A stretch of 64,000 nt of DNA from Bacteroidetes bacterium CG2_30_33_31. Its GTDB lineage: Bacteria > Bacteroidota > Bacteroidia > Bacteroidales > UBA1556. Where the stretch lies: positions 100,142-164,141 of the forward strand of contig MNXP01000049.1 in NCBI GenBank assembly GCA_001872625.1, in the 5' to 3' direction. A program made the position numbers and the translations under genes. Positions 30,117 through 39,554 of the stretch are shown here, in pieces. Position 1 is the stretch's first letter, and every line of letters starts with the position of its first letter. The notes beneath the pieces are model-generated. The model saw only the letters and a list, made by a program, of their open reading frames with translations. It was not told where the DNA came from and made no database searches.

Positions 30117-30851
30117 TTAATTTTTCTCATCAATTTTTTTTAGATATTCTGACGCAGCATTTAAAGTCTCGATTTTTCCACAATCGAACCAGTAACTGTT
30201 ATTATCTTGATAAGCTAAAATTTTTTGTGATGAAGCTATTTCAAGATAAAAAGTTGTCAATGACCACTTTTTTATTTTGCCTAAAAGATTTAAAATCTTA
30301 GGAGAAATAATATGTATACCACTGAAAGCCAATTCATTTAAATTAATAGAATTACTATCATAAATAATTTCTTCAAATGTCAATTTATTCCTCCACCCTA
30401 CTAACCTATTGTTTTGGTTGAAAAGAAAATATCTTGAAGTATTTCTATTTCTCACAGCCAGGCTAATATCGGCATGATTGAATTTGTGAAAGTTTATAAA
30501 TTTTTGTAAATCAAGATTCGTTATGATGTCAACATTATAAAGTAAAATATCCTCATCAGAATCAAAGAAATATTTTGCTTGGGCAAGTCCACCAGCCGTA
30601 TCGAGAAGTTCAACTTCATAAGACAGGCTAATATTTACATTATCAAAGTGGTGAGTATTTAGAAACTCAATAATTTTTTCAGAAAAATGATGAGTATTTA
30701 TAATAATATCAGTAAAACCAGCATCTGAGATATAATTTATAGCTCTTTCGAGCAAAGATTTTTCGGCAACTATTGCCAAAGCTTTGGGCTTATCTTTTGT
30801 AATTGGCATAAGTCGGCTACCCAATCCTGCTGCAAAAATCATAGCTTTCAT
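30117..30851 (-). CDS. murU: Sugar-1-phosphate nucleotidyltransferase, MurU-like (N-acetylmuramate-1-phosphate uridylyltransferase candidate)
   Basis: 244-aa ORF. MKAMIFAAGLGSRLMPITKDKPKAL is the NTP-transferase G-loop. Overall similarity to P. putida MurU as I recall it. The start overlaps the stop of the upstream kinase gene (ATGA). Confidence 0.65.
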   Translation of the reverse strand: MKAMIFAAGLGSRLMPITKDKPKALAIVAEKSLLERAINYISDAGFTDIIINTHHFSEKIIEFLNTHHFDNVNISLSYEVELLDTAGGLAQAKYFFDSDEDILLYNVDIITNLDLQKFINFHKFNHADISLAVRNRNTSRYFLFNQNNRLVGWRNKLTFEEIIYDSNSINLNELAFSGIHIISPKILNLLGKIKKWSLTTFYLEIASSQKILAYQDNNSYWFDCGKIETLNAASEYLKKIDEKN

Positions 30852-32275
30852 AATCTCTTCATTTCTTGTTCGCGATGACGTAAAACCACTTTCACATTAT
30901 ATTTATCCTTAATAAAGCGGCTAATTTTTTCGGCAAAATAAACCGAACGGTGCTGACCACCAGTGCAACCAAAATTTATTGAAAGCGAATCAAAATTACG
31001 TTCAAGATAATTTTCTACCGATTGACTTACCAACTCAGAAACATTTTTGAAAAATATATTTACCGAATCTTCTCTCTCTAAAAACTCAATAACTGACAAA
31101 TCTATGCCAGTAGCTTCTTGATAGATTTCATATCTTCCAGGGTTTGGAAGTGCTCTGCAATCGAAAACAAAACCACCACCATTTCCACTTTCATCAACAG
31201 GAACGCCTCTTTTATATGAGAAACTATTCACTTGAACAGTAAGATTTTTTGATTGATTGCCCAAGCTTTTCAATTTCTCAGAAACAGCCACACTTTTTAG
31301 TAATGGAATCAAAGTATTTAGTTCAATTGGAAAGATATTATTCTTTAACACATAATTCAGATTGTCCATGGCAAAAGGAATGGAAGCTAAAAAATGAGCT
31401 TTCTTCTCATAAAAACCTCTAAAACCATAAGCTCCCATTGCTTGTAAAATTCTAATAATCACAAAACCTGCATAATACGACTTAAATTCGTCCTCATTAA
31501 TGGTTATGTATTGCTTCAATTCTTCAATATATTTATTTAGTAGAAGATTACGAATATCTTGAGGAATTTCCGCCTTTGCATCATATAATAAGGATGCTAA
31601 ATCATACTGGAGCGCACCACGTCGTCCACCTTGATAATCAATAAAATAAATATCATTATCCTTTAGCATAATATTTCTTGATTGAAAATCACGATAAAGA
31701 AAATACTTGTTATCTGCTTTAAGAAGATAATCTGTAAACTTCTGAAAATCATCTTCTAATTCTTGCTCATCGAAGCTCATTCCCGACAATTTAAGAAAAT
31801 AATATTTGAAATAATTCAAATCCCACATCATCGATTGCTTATCGAAGTCGGATCGGGGATAACAAATAGAATAATCCAAATTTTCTGATGCAATAATTTG
31901 AATTTTAGGCAATTGTGATATTATTTTCAAATATAAATCCAACAAATCTTTAGTAAATCCACCTTTTATTTGCTCCTGGCTTAGAAATTTGAACAGAGTG
32001 GTATCACCCAAATCTTCAATTAAATAAATATTGTTAGCAATGTCATCAGCATAAATAATTGGAACCTTAATACCTTTAGCAAGAAACTGTTTGCTAAACT
32101 CAATGAAGGCAAGGTTTTCGCGAGCATTTGGATTTAAAACCCCAAGAGCTTGTTTGCTTGCTGACACAATGCGAAAATATTTTCTATCGCTTCCCGATAT
32201 TGCAAGTGGCGTAATCTTTACAGCTTTTTCACCAGCCCAGTTATTATAAAGTAAAGTTATCTTCGGATTTATCAT
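30848..32275 (-). CDS. Fusion: AmgK-like anomeric sugar kinase (APH/choline-kinase fold) + RapZ C-terminal domain
   Basis: 475-aa ORF. Residues 1-335 are a phosphotransferase with catalytic loop YRDFQSRNIML and metal loop FIDYQGG. Residues ~345-470 read LTVQVNSFSYKRGVPVD...FVFDCRALPNPGRY...INFGCTGGQHRSVYFAEKI, matching the RapZ/YvcJ C-terminal domain. Confidence 0.75.
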   Translation of the reverse strand: MINPKITLLYNNWAGEKAVKITPLAISGSDRKYFRIVSASKQALGVLNPNARENLAFIEFSKQFLAKGIKVPIIYADDIANNIYLIEDLGDTTLFKFLSQEQIKGGFTKDLLDLYLKIISQLPKIQIIASENLDYSICYPRSDFDKQSMMWDLNYFKYYFLKLSGMSFDEQELEDDFQKFTDYLLKADNKYFLYRDFQSRNIMLKDNDIYFIDYQGGRRGALQYDLASLLYDAKAEIPQDIRNLLLNKYIEELKQYITINEDEFKSYYAGFVIIRILQAMGAYGFRGFYEKKAHFLASIPFAMDNLNYVLKNNIFPIELNTLIPLLKSVAVSEKLKSLGNQSKNLTVQVNSFSYKRGVPVDESGNGGGFVFDCRALPNPGRYEIYQEATGIDLSVIEFLEREDSVNIFFKNVSELVSQSVENYLERNFDSLSINFGCTGGQHRSVYFAEKISRFIKDKYNVKVVLRHREQEMKRL

Positions 32276-32457
32276 TGTCTAATAATTTAATTATCACAAA
32301 TTTAAGTTATGATACAAAATCAAATAAAAGTGTTCAAAATACTTATCCACAATTGATTGAGGAAAAGTTTGGGACTTTTAACAAAAAAAATAAAGTTAAA
32401 ATCATATTTCCTTTGCTAATTTTATACATTTGCAATCTTAATGAATTAAAAATTGCG

Positions 32458-33546
32458 ATGATGAAAAGGTTTTCAATATTATTATTGATTTTAATGGCAG
32501 CAAATATTAGTACAATATTTGCTCAAAGCGGCATAATTAGTTTTGAATCGACTACCAATGATTTTGGAACTATAAAAGAAGAGATAGGAAAAGTTACAAC
32601 CAAATTTTACTTTACCAATGTTGGAAGTGGTGATTTGAAATTGGTGAATGTTAAGCCGAGTTGCGGTTGTACTTCTTCTGAATATTCAAAAGAAATAATT
32701 AAGCCAGGTGAAAAAGGTTTTGTTTCAGCAACTTACTTCACCGCAAATCGTCCAGGGCCATTCAGAAAATCTATTACCGTAACCACAAATGATGTTGACA
32801 GGCCAAATACAATTTTGTTTATTAAAGGAACCGTTACGCCATTAAATACATCTGCTGAAGATGAACTTCCAATCAGCATTGGCAATTTAAAATTAATGAC
32901 TAACCATTTGGCATTCAATGATATTAAGAGCAACGAAATTAAAGTAGATTCAGTTAAAATCTACAACAAGTGGGGCCATCCTATGAATATTGGTTTTCAA
33001 GAAGTACCATCAAATGTTAAAATTGAAGCAATTCCAGCAGTATTGGAAAGCGGTGAATTTGGTTATATAAAAGTTACTTATGATGCAAAAAAGAGAAATG
33101 ATTTTGGATTAATATTCGATAGAATTGCAATTTCAACTAATGATAATGTGCAACCAATCAAGGTGTTAAATATATCTGCAAGAATAATTGAGGATTTCTC
33201 AAAACTTAATGAACGAGACCTCAAAAAATCGCCAATAATTTCATTTAAAGAAACTGATTTCGACTTTGGAAATGTTGTTGCCGGCACCGTTGTTAAACAT
33301 AACTTTGTGTTTACAAATCAAGGCAAAAGTGATTTAATAATCAGGAAAACAAAGTCATCATGTGGCTGTACGACTGCTGATTTAAAAAATTCGGTAATCA
33401 AAAAAGGCAAGACTGGTAGTATTGATATTGAATTTAATACCAGTGGAAGAAAAGACCGAGAACATAAAACGGTAACAATAATTACCAATGACCCAAAAAA
33501 TCATGAAATTGTTTTAAATATTCATGGTGAAATTTCGGAAAAATAA
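32458..33546 (+). CDS. Secreted DUF1573 protein (two DUF1573 modules flanking a central beta-rich region)
   Basis: The track ORF starts at 32275. I prefer MMKRFSILLLILMAANISTIFAQ (32458), which is a clean signal peptide. Two copies of the DUF1573 signature: NVGSGDLKLVNVKPSCGCT and NQGKSDLIIRKTKSSCGCT. Confidence 0.75.
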   Translation: MMKRFSILLLILMAANISTIFAQSGIISFESTTNDFGTIKEEIGKVTTKFYFTNVGSGDLKLVNVKPSCGCTSSEYSKEIIKPGEKGFVSATYFTANRPGPFRKSITVTTNDVDRPNTILFIKGTVTPLNTSAEDELPISIGNLKLMTNHLAFNDIKSNEIKVDSVKIYNKWGHPMNIGFQEVPSNVKIEAIPAVLESGEFGYIKVTYDAKKRNDFGLIFDRIAISTNDNVQPIKVLNISARIIEDFSKLNERDLKKSPIISFKETDFDFGNVVAGTVVKHNFVFTNQGKSDLIIRKTKSSCGCTTADLKNSVIKKGKTGSIDIEFNTSGRKDREHKTVTIITNDPKNHEIVLNIHGEISEK

Positions 33547-33577
33547 TTTTCCATTTCGAGAATCTAAATTAAATCAC

Positions 33578-33609
33578 AAAAAAATGCCGTTTATAAGCGG
33601 CATTTTTTT
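33578..33609. terminator. Bidirectional Rho-independent terminator between the convergent DUF1573 and recQ genes
   Basis: 12-bp stem AAAAAAATGCCG (33578-33589) / CGGCATTTTTTT (33598-33609) with an 8-nt loop. The A-tract and T-tract arms give a U-run on both strands. Confidence 0.75.
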
Positions 33610-33630
33610 GAATATTAATTCTTAAATATA

Positions 33631-35832
33631 CTAATTTCCTACATCGGAAAGATATTTTATTCTCATAAGACGAACATCTTTTTCGGTATAATCGTTTTCA
33701 CCAAGCTCTTTCAGAGCGTCATCCCATGAGTCACTCTCTGCCTGTTCTTCATAATATTCCATAATTTCTTCTTGAACATAAGGGTCAACATTTTCCTGAA
33801 TATAATAATCAATATCCAAATATGTACCCGAATCAACAATACTTTCTATCTCGGTCAAAAGTTCATAAATATCCATACCTTTTGATACAGCCACATCATC
33901 AAGTGAAGCTTTTCTATCAATAGCTTTAATTATATAAACCTTTGATATTGATTTATTTGGAACAGATTTAACGAGCATATCTGTTGGCCGAATAATTTCA
34001 TTTTCATCCACATATTGTTTAATAACATCAATAAATGGCTGGCCATATTTCTTTGCTTTTCCTCCACCAACACCTGTAATTCTCACCATTTCTTCCATAG
34101 TTATAGGATATTGAATTGTCATATCATCTAGAGATGGGTCTTGAAAAATTACAAAAGGAGGTTTCCCTTCTTTTTTAGAGATTGCTTTTCTTAAATCCTT
34201 CAGCATTGCAAATAAAATATCATCTCCAGCTGCGCCATTTGAAGATCCTGGAATATCGAAATCGTCGTTATCAATATTATCGTAATCGTGGTCTCTTGCA
34301 ATCTCAATATAAAAAGGCTTTCCAATAAATGCTTGGCCTTTTTCTGTGAGTTTTAAAACGCCATATTGTTCAATATCTTTGTCCAAAAGAAGTTGAACTA
34401 ATGCTTGGCGAATAACTCCTTCCCAGTGTTTTTCATCTTTTTCTGAACCTTTGCCGAAAATTTTCAAAAGATGATGTTTCACTGTTTTCACATTTGTATT
34501 AAGAGTGCCCATTAACACATGGCATATATGGTTAGCTTTAAAGAGTTCTTTAGTATCACGAACTGCTTCTAAGGCTAATTTAATATCTTTTGTAACATCC
34601 ATCATTTCTTTAGGATTCAGACAGTTATCACAGTTTTGACAGTTATCTTCGTTATATACTTCGCCAAAATAATGGAGAATTTGTTTACGACGACAGATAG
34701 AAGATTCTGCATAAGACACCGTTTCAAGAAGTAATTGAGTTCCAATTTCTTGTTCAGCGACAGGCTTTCCCTTCATAAATTTCTCTAATTTTTGAATATC
34801 GTCATACCTATAATAAGTAATACATTTGCCTTCGCCACCATCACGACCCCCGCGTCCAGTTTCTTGGTAATATGATTCTAAACTTTTAGGAATATCATGA
34901 TGAATAACGAACCTGACATCGGGTTTATCTATTCCCATTCCAAAAGCTATTGTTGCAACTATTACATCAACATCCTCCATCAAGAATCTATCCTGATTTG
35001 TACGTCGTGTAAGCGAATCTAATCCAGCATGATAAGGTAGTGCATTTATACCATTCACAACCAAAACTTCAGAAACTTCCTCAACTTTCTTGCGACTCAA
35101 GCAATAAACAATACCAGATTTATTTGGATTTTCCTTAATAAATCTGATGATATCTTTAAGTACATCTTTAGTTTTAGGTCTTACTTCATAATATAAATTT
35201 GGCCTATTGAATGAATCCTTAAAGACTGTTGTTTCATTCATTTTAAGGTTCTTCAAAATATCACTCTGAACTTTTGGTGTAGCTGTGGCGGTGAGTGCTA
35301 TTATTGGAACATCAGGACAAATTGCATCAATTGTAGGTCTAAGTTTTCTATACTCTGGTCTAAAATCATGTCCCCATTCAGAAATACAATGAGCTTCATC
35401 AATAGCGAAAAAATTGATTTTTAGTGATTTAAAAAATGCAATATTTTCCTCTTTCACTAAACTTTCAGGTGCTACATATAATAATTTGGTTAGACCGCTG
35501 AGCAAGTCATTTTTCACATCATCCATTTCTTGCCTATTCAATGAAGAATTTAACACATGCGCAATACCATTTTGTGCGCTAAAGGCTCTTATAGCATCTA
35601 CTTGATTCTTCATCAAAGCAATTAATGGAGAGATGATTATAGAAATACCTTCCATCATTATTGCTGGCAGTTGATAACAAAGCGACTTTCCACCACCAGT
35701 AGGCATTATTACAAAAGTATCTTTTCCTTCAAGAAGATTCTTTATAATTGCCTCTTGATGACCCTTAAAACTATTAAAGCCAAAAAAAGAATTTAGCGTT
35801 TTATATATCTCGCGATCCGTTTGCATATCCAT
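33631..35832 (-). CDS. recQ: ATP-dependent DNA helicase RecQ
   Basis: 733-aa ORF. FGFNSFKGHQEAII, Walker A TGGGKSLCYQLP, DEAH box AIDEAHCISEWGHDFRPEY, the zinc-binding Cys cluster (CRRK...CQNCDNC) and an HRDC-like region. Confidence 0.9.
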   Translation of the reverse strand: MDMQTDREIYKTLNSFFGFNSFKGHQEAIIKNLLEGKDTFVIMPTGGGKSLCYQLPAIMMEGISIIISPLIALMKNQVDAIRAFSAQNGIAHVLNSSLNRQEMDDVKNDLLSGLTKLLYVAPESLVKEENIAFFKSLKINFFAIDEAHCISEWGHDFRPEYRKLRPTIDAICPDVPIIALTATATPKVQSDILKNLKMNETTVFKDSFNRPNLYYEVRPKTKDVLKDIIRFIKENPNKSGIVYCLSRKKVEEVSEVLVVNGINALPYHAGLDSLTRRTNQDRFLMEDVDVIVATIAFGMGIDKPDVRFVIHHDIPKSLESYYQETGRGGRDGGEGKCITYYRYDDIQKLEKFMKGKPVAEQEIGTQLLLETVSYAESSICRRKQILHYFGEVYNEDNCQNCDNCLNPKEMMDVTKDIKLALEAVRDTKELFKANHICHVLMGTLNTNVKTVKHHLLKIFGKGSEKDEKHWEGVIRQALVQLLLDKDIEQYGVLKLTEKGQAFIGKPFYIEIARDHDYDNIDNDDFDIPGSSNGAAGDDILFAMLKDLRKAISKKEGKPPFVIFQDPSLDDMTIQYPITMEEMVRITGVGGGKAKKYGQPFIDVIKQYVDENEIIRPTDMLVKSVPNKSISKVYIIKAIDRKASLDDVAVSKGMDIYELLTEIESIVDSGTYLDIDYYIQENVDPYVQEEIMEYYEEQAESDSWDDALKELGENDYTEKDVRLMRIKYLSDVGN

Positions 35833-36179
35833 AATTAATTCTAAAATGTACCTTCACTAAGGATTTACTAAAGTAAACATAATTATCATTCAAATCCAAG
35901 TGAATTTTCAAAAGAATTGCGAATTTACATTAAATTATCTACCATAATTATTTATTTTTTTAATTTTAAAAATTGATATTAAATATTTTTATTAATGTAT
36001 TGATTTATAAGTATTAAGATAATATTTGAGAAGATTTATTTTGTTTATGAATATAATAATCTTTCCTAAGCGTAAACATATACATTTGAATATCAGCAAT
36101 ATTCATGATAATTATTATTTTTGAATATTGCTTTTTATTCAAAAATATTAATTTATAACTTGGTTTGCCTACAATTTAT

Positions 36180-36187
36180 TAATTTTG
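36180..36187 (+). promoter_or_regulatory. Candidate -7 box (TAATTTTG) for the kdsD / GT-C-TPR pair
   Basis: Exact TAnnTTTG, 28 nt upstream of the ATG at 36215. Confidence 0.4.
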
Positions 36188-36214
36188 TTTTTTTAAAATC
36201 GAACAAATAAATAT

Positions 36215-37180
36215 ATGTTAAATCGAGCAGAAATAATTATTGCTGGTAAAAAGACCATAGAGGAGGAAATTTTTGAAGTACAAAAATTATCGGAAAGAAT
36301 TTCCGAATCTTTTGCTGATGCAGTTCAATTAATTGCAAATTCTAATGCAAGAGTTGTAGTTACAGGTATTGGAAAAAGTGCAAATATAGGAGCAAAAATT
36401 GTTGCTACCTTAAATTCTACTGGAACTCCAGCCACATTTATGCATGCTGTAGATGCTATTCATGGCGATTTAGGCATTATTCAGAAAAATGATGTTGTAA
36501 TTGTAATTTCAAAATCGGGAAATACTCCTGAAATAAAAGTACTTGTATCACTTTTGAAATCACTCGGAAATAAAATTGTCGCTATTGTAGGAAATATTGA
36601 TTCGACTCTTGCTAAGCAATCAGACATTGTGTTGGACACAACTGTTGAAAAGGAAGCATGTCCAAACAATTTGGCTCCAACTTCAAGCACTACTGCTCAA
36701 TTGATTATGGGAGATGCTCTGGCAGTAAGTCTTCTAAAAAATAATAATTTTAGCGAAAAAGATTTTGCTAAGTTTCACCCTGGCGGAGCTCTTGGAAAAA
36801 AACTTTATCTTAGAATCGAAGCCTTGGCAATAGAAAACGAAAAACCTGCGGTGGACATCAACGACAAGATAAGAAAAATAATCCTTGAAATAAGTTCAAA
36901 AAGACTTGGCGCAACTGCTGTAATTGAAAACGACAAATTAGTTGGCATAATCACCGATGGAGATTTAAGACGCATGATGGAGAGATATAAAGACGTTGAT
37001 CCGTTGACAGCTCGTGAAATAATGAGCAAAAATCCACGAACTTTAGATAAAAATCAACTTGCGGTAGATGCTTTTAAAATAATGAAAGACAATAATATAA
37101 CTCAATTGTTAGTAACCTCAGAGGATAAATATTTTGGAGTAATTCATCTACACGACATCTTAAAGGAAGGAATATTATAA
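36215..37180 (+). CDS. kdsD: Arabinose-5-phosphate isomerase (KpsF/GutQ/KdsD family; SIS + tandem CBS)
   Basis: 321-aa ORF. SIS motif VVVTGIGKSANIGAKI and SKSGNTPE. C-terminal CBS pair (GIITDGDLRR...GVIHLHDILK). Confidence 0.85.
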   Translation: MLNRAEIIIAGKKTIEEEIFEVQKLSERISESFADAVQLIANSNARVVVTGIGKSANIGAKIVATLNSTGTPATFMHAVDAIHGDLGIIQKNDVVIVISKSGNTPEIKVLVSLLKSLGNKIVAIVGNIDSTLAKQSDIVLDTTVEKEACPNNLAPTSSTTAQLIMGDALAVSLLKNNNFSEKDFAKFHPGGALGKKLYLRIEALAIENEKPAVDINDKIRKIILEISSKRLGATAVIENDKLVGIITDGDLRRMMERYKDVDPLTAREIMSKNPRTLDKNQLAVDAFKIMKDNNITQLLVTSEDKYFGVIHLHDILKEGIL

Positions 37181-39400
37181 ATGAATAATTTAAAATCTTT
37201 TTTATCAAATTTCAACAGCAAAAGGATATTTGTATTGCTTTCTGTTGTTACATTATTGGTAATGATATGGCTACACAATGATTATTGTTTAACCAACGAT
37301 GAACCAATACACCAATTACATGGTAAAGTTTTGTTGGACTATTATAAAGGTGCAAATAATTCTGCTGTACTAAGTCCTCTCGATAGCGCTGGAAATATAA
37401 TTGCAACTTTCTCTGTAATTGAAGACAATAATTTTCGAGGCATGAATTTTTTTGGTGGCTTTTTTGATTTGACGGTAAATTATCTCCATTCCTATTTTCC
37501 TGAAACTGATCTTTACAATTTTAGACACCTTATAAATTCTTTTTTTGGTTTCATTTTATTCCTTTTTATTGGTTTAACTGCCAAAGAATTAGGAGGTTGG
37601 AAAACTGCCGTGATTGCCTTTTTATTTGCTGTCTTGTCGCCGCGTTTATTTGGACATGCATTTGTAAATCCCAAGGATATTCCATTTGCTGCCATTTATA
37701 TCGTTGGAATTCATCAGATTATTGTATTCTTAAAAAACCTTCCAAAAGTTAAAATACTCAACTCAATTTTTCTGGCATTAATATTTGCCATTTCTATTGA
37801 TATACGTGTTTCTGGTTTATTGCTAATAGTATATTTTTTGTTAAGCGTTGTAACTTATTGGATAATTGACTATTACAGATCGAGATACCTAAAAATTAAA
37901 GAAACTTCAAAAACTTTGGGAATCGCCATCGCAATTTCTTTAGTTGGATATTGGGCTGTACGATTTCTATGGCCTTACGCCGCCACAGATTTTTTTGCTC
38001 CATTTAAAGTTCTTCTAAAAGTTTCCTCATTTAGCATTTTCAATGCTTATGAAGTCTTTCAAGGCAATTGGTATAATGCTTGGGAAATCCCTTACAGCTA
38101 TATACCTACTTGGATTTGGATAAGTTCGCCTATTTTTATTAATTTAGGTATTTTGCTGACTATCACAGCATATCATCCAAAATTGAAAGGAGATTTAAAC
38201 CTATTTATATATTCCCTTTTATTATTTGTTACCCTTTTTCCTATACTATTTATCCTCGCAAAACATTCAAATATTTATAATGGAATTCGTCATCTATTAT
38301 TTGTTTTTCCCACTTTGATTGTCCTCGCAGCAGTAGCTTGGGAGAAATTGATTGATTTCTTAAAACAAACTCAATTTTACTTTATCACAATTTTAATTCT
38401 TGCCGCTTCAATGTTGCAACCTGCAATTTGGAGCATAAAAAATCACCCTTATGAAGCAATGTATTTTAGTCCATTGGTTGGTGGAAATTTAGCAATATTT
38501 GGTAAATATGAAACAGACTATTGGGGAATATCCACAAAGGAAGCTGTAGAATGGATTGCAAATCACACAATTGAAGAAAGGAAACAAAAAGTGGTTAAAA
38601 TTAAAATGTTCTATGGAGATGAAATGAAAGTAACAAATTACAGCAAAAATTTTTCAAATTTAGAATATATACCAGGTAATTACGAGAAGGGTTTCGATTA
38701 TGAAATTATCTATAGCGCTTCTGCAAAATTTAATAAAAATTTGATAAATACTTGGCCACCTGAGAACACAGTCTATGAGGTAAAAGCTGGAGGAATTCCA
38801 CTTTGTGCTATAGTAGAAAGCAAATTTAAAGGATTGAATACAAAAGAATTAGCCGAAAAATACCCTACAGAAGCAAATTATATGGCTTTGTGTTTAGAAT
38901 ATTATAATGCTGGTGATTTCATTAATTCTATTCTAAGTGCCAAAAAAATATTAGCAATTAACAGTAATAATTATTATGCCTTAAATAATATTGGTGCTGC
39001 TGCAAATTCTTTAGGATTATATGATTATGCATATATCAATTTGACAAAAGCTTTAGCTTTAAATTCAGATTTTGAGCTCGCCAAGAACAATATAGCAGTA
39101 TCTGTCAAAAATATTGATGCTTTTTCTAACAATCATGATTGGCTTCTTAGAAACTCATTAAATGCTTATTATATTGGTGAATTTGAATATGTTGTAAGGT
39201 ATTCACAGAGGTTAATAAAACTGTCGCCAAAAGATGCTATTGCCTATAATAACTTGTGCTCGGCGTACAATGCATTGGAGCAATATGACAAAGGAGAAAA
39301 AGCTTGCCTGAAAGCATTACAGATTGATAAAGATTTTCAACTGGCAAAGAATAATTTAGCATATTCTAGAGACAAGATGGCTAAAGCTGCTGGAAAATAG
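37181..39400 (+). CDS. Polytopic GT-C-like membrane protein (PMT/ArnT-like) with a C-terminal TPR domain
   Basis: 739-aa ORF whose ATG directly abuts the kdsD stop (TAAATG). About 10 or more hydrophobic segments in the first ~430 aa, with an acidic DE pair in the first loop (CLTNDEPIHQ). The last ~180 aa carry TPR-type repeats (YYALNNIGAAANSLGLYDYA..., AIAYNNLCSAYNALEQYDKGEKACLKALQIDKDF). Confidence 0.55.
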   Translation: MNNLKSFLSNFNSKRIFVLLSVVTLLVMIWLHNDYCLTNDEPIHQLHGKVLLDYYKGANNSAVLSPLDSAGNIIATFSVIEDNNFRGMNFFGGFFDLTVNYLHSYFPETDLYNFRHLINSFFGFILFLFIGLTAKELGGWKTAVIAFLFAVLSPRLFGHAFVNPKDIPFAAIYIVGIHQIIVFLKNLPKVKILNSIFLALIFAISIDIRVSGLLLIVYFLLSVVTYWIIDYYRSRYLKIKETSKTLGIAIAISLVGYWAVRFLWPYAATDFFAPFKVLLKVSSFSIFNAYEVFQGNWYNAWEIPYSYIPTWIWISSPIFINLGILLTITAYHPKLKGDLNLFIYSLLLFVTLFPILFILAKHSNIYNGIRHLLFVFPTLIVLAAVAWEKLIDFLKQTQFYFITILILAASMLQPAIWSIKNHPYEAMYFSPLVGGNLAIFGKYETDYWGISTKEAVEWIANHTIEERKQKVVKIKMFYGDEMKVTNYSKNFSNLEYIPGNYEKGFDYEIIYSASAKFNKNLINTWPPENTVYEVKAGGIPLCAIVESKFKGLNTKELAEKYPTEANYMALCLEYYNAGDFINSILSAKKILAINSNNYYALNNIGAAANSLGLYDYAYINLTKALALNSDFELAKNNIAVSVKNIDAFSNNHDWLLRNSLNAYYIGEFEYVVRYSQRLIKLSPKDAIAYNNLCSAYNALEQYDKGEKACLKALQIDKDFQLAKNNLAYSRDKMAKAAGK

Positions 39401-39532
39401 TTTTCCAAATCAAAACAAAGTTTTATATTTTACTGGTAAAGGTCAATTTAGAGAAAAAAAATTCTATTACCCATTAATTTTCAACATTTTACAAAATAAT
39501 AAATATTCACTTTGAAAATAGGAATATTTTTT

Positions 39533-39540
39533 TATCTTTG
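39533..39540 (+). promoter_or_regulatory. Candidate -7 box (TATCTTTG) for the liu operon
   Basis: Exact TAnnTTTG, 15 nt upstream of the TTG start at 39555. Confidence 0.35.
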
Positions 39541-39554
39541 GAAGTACAAACAAA

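Noticed and set aside
30107-30119. Convergent stop codons of the giant surface-protein gene and the murU-like gene only 7 nt apart, with no terminator
   Set aside because: It is real in the sequence but common in compact genomes. No structure or motif supports a specific mechanism, and any antisense read-through effects are pure speculation.
32275-32457. 61-aa N-terminal extension of the DUF1573 ORF
   Set aside because: The extension has no signal peptide and starts back to back with the divergent kinase gene. The internal MMKRFSILLLILMAANISTIFAQ is a textbook signal peptide for a secreted DUF1573 protein.
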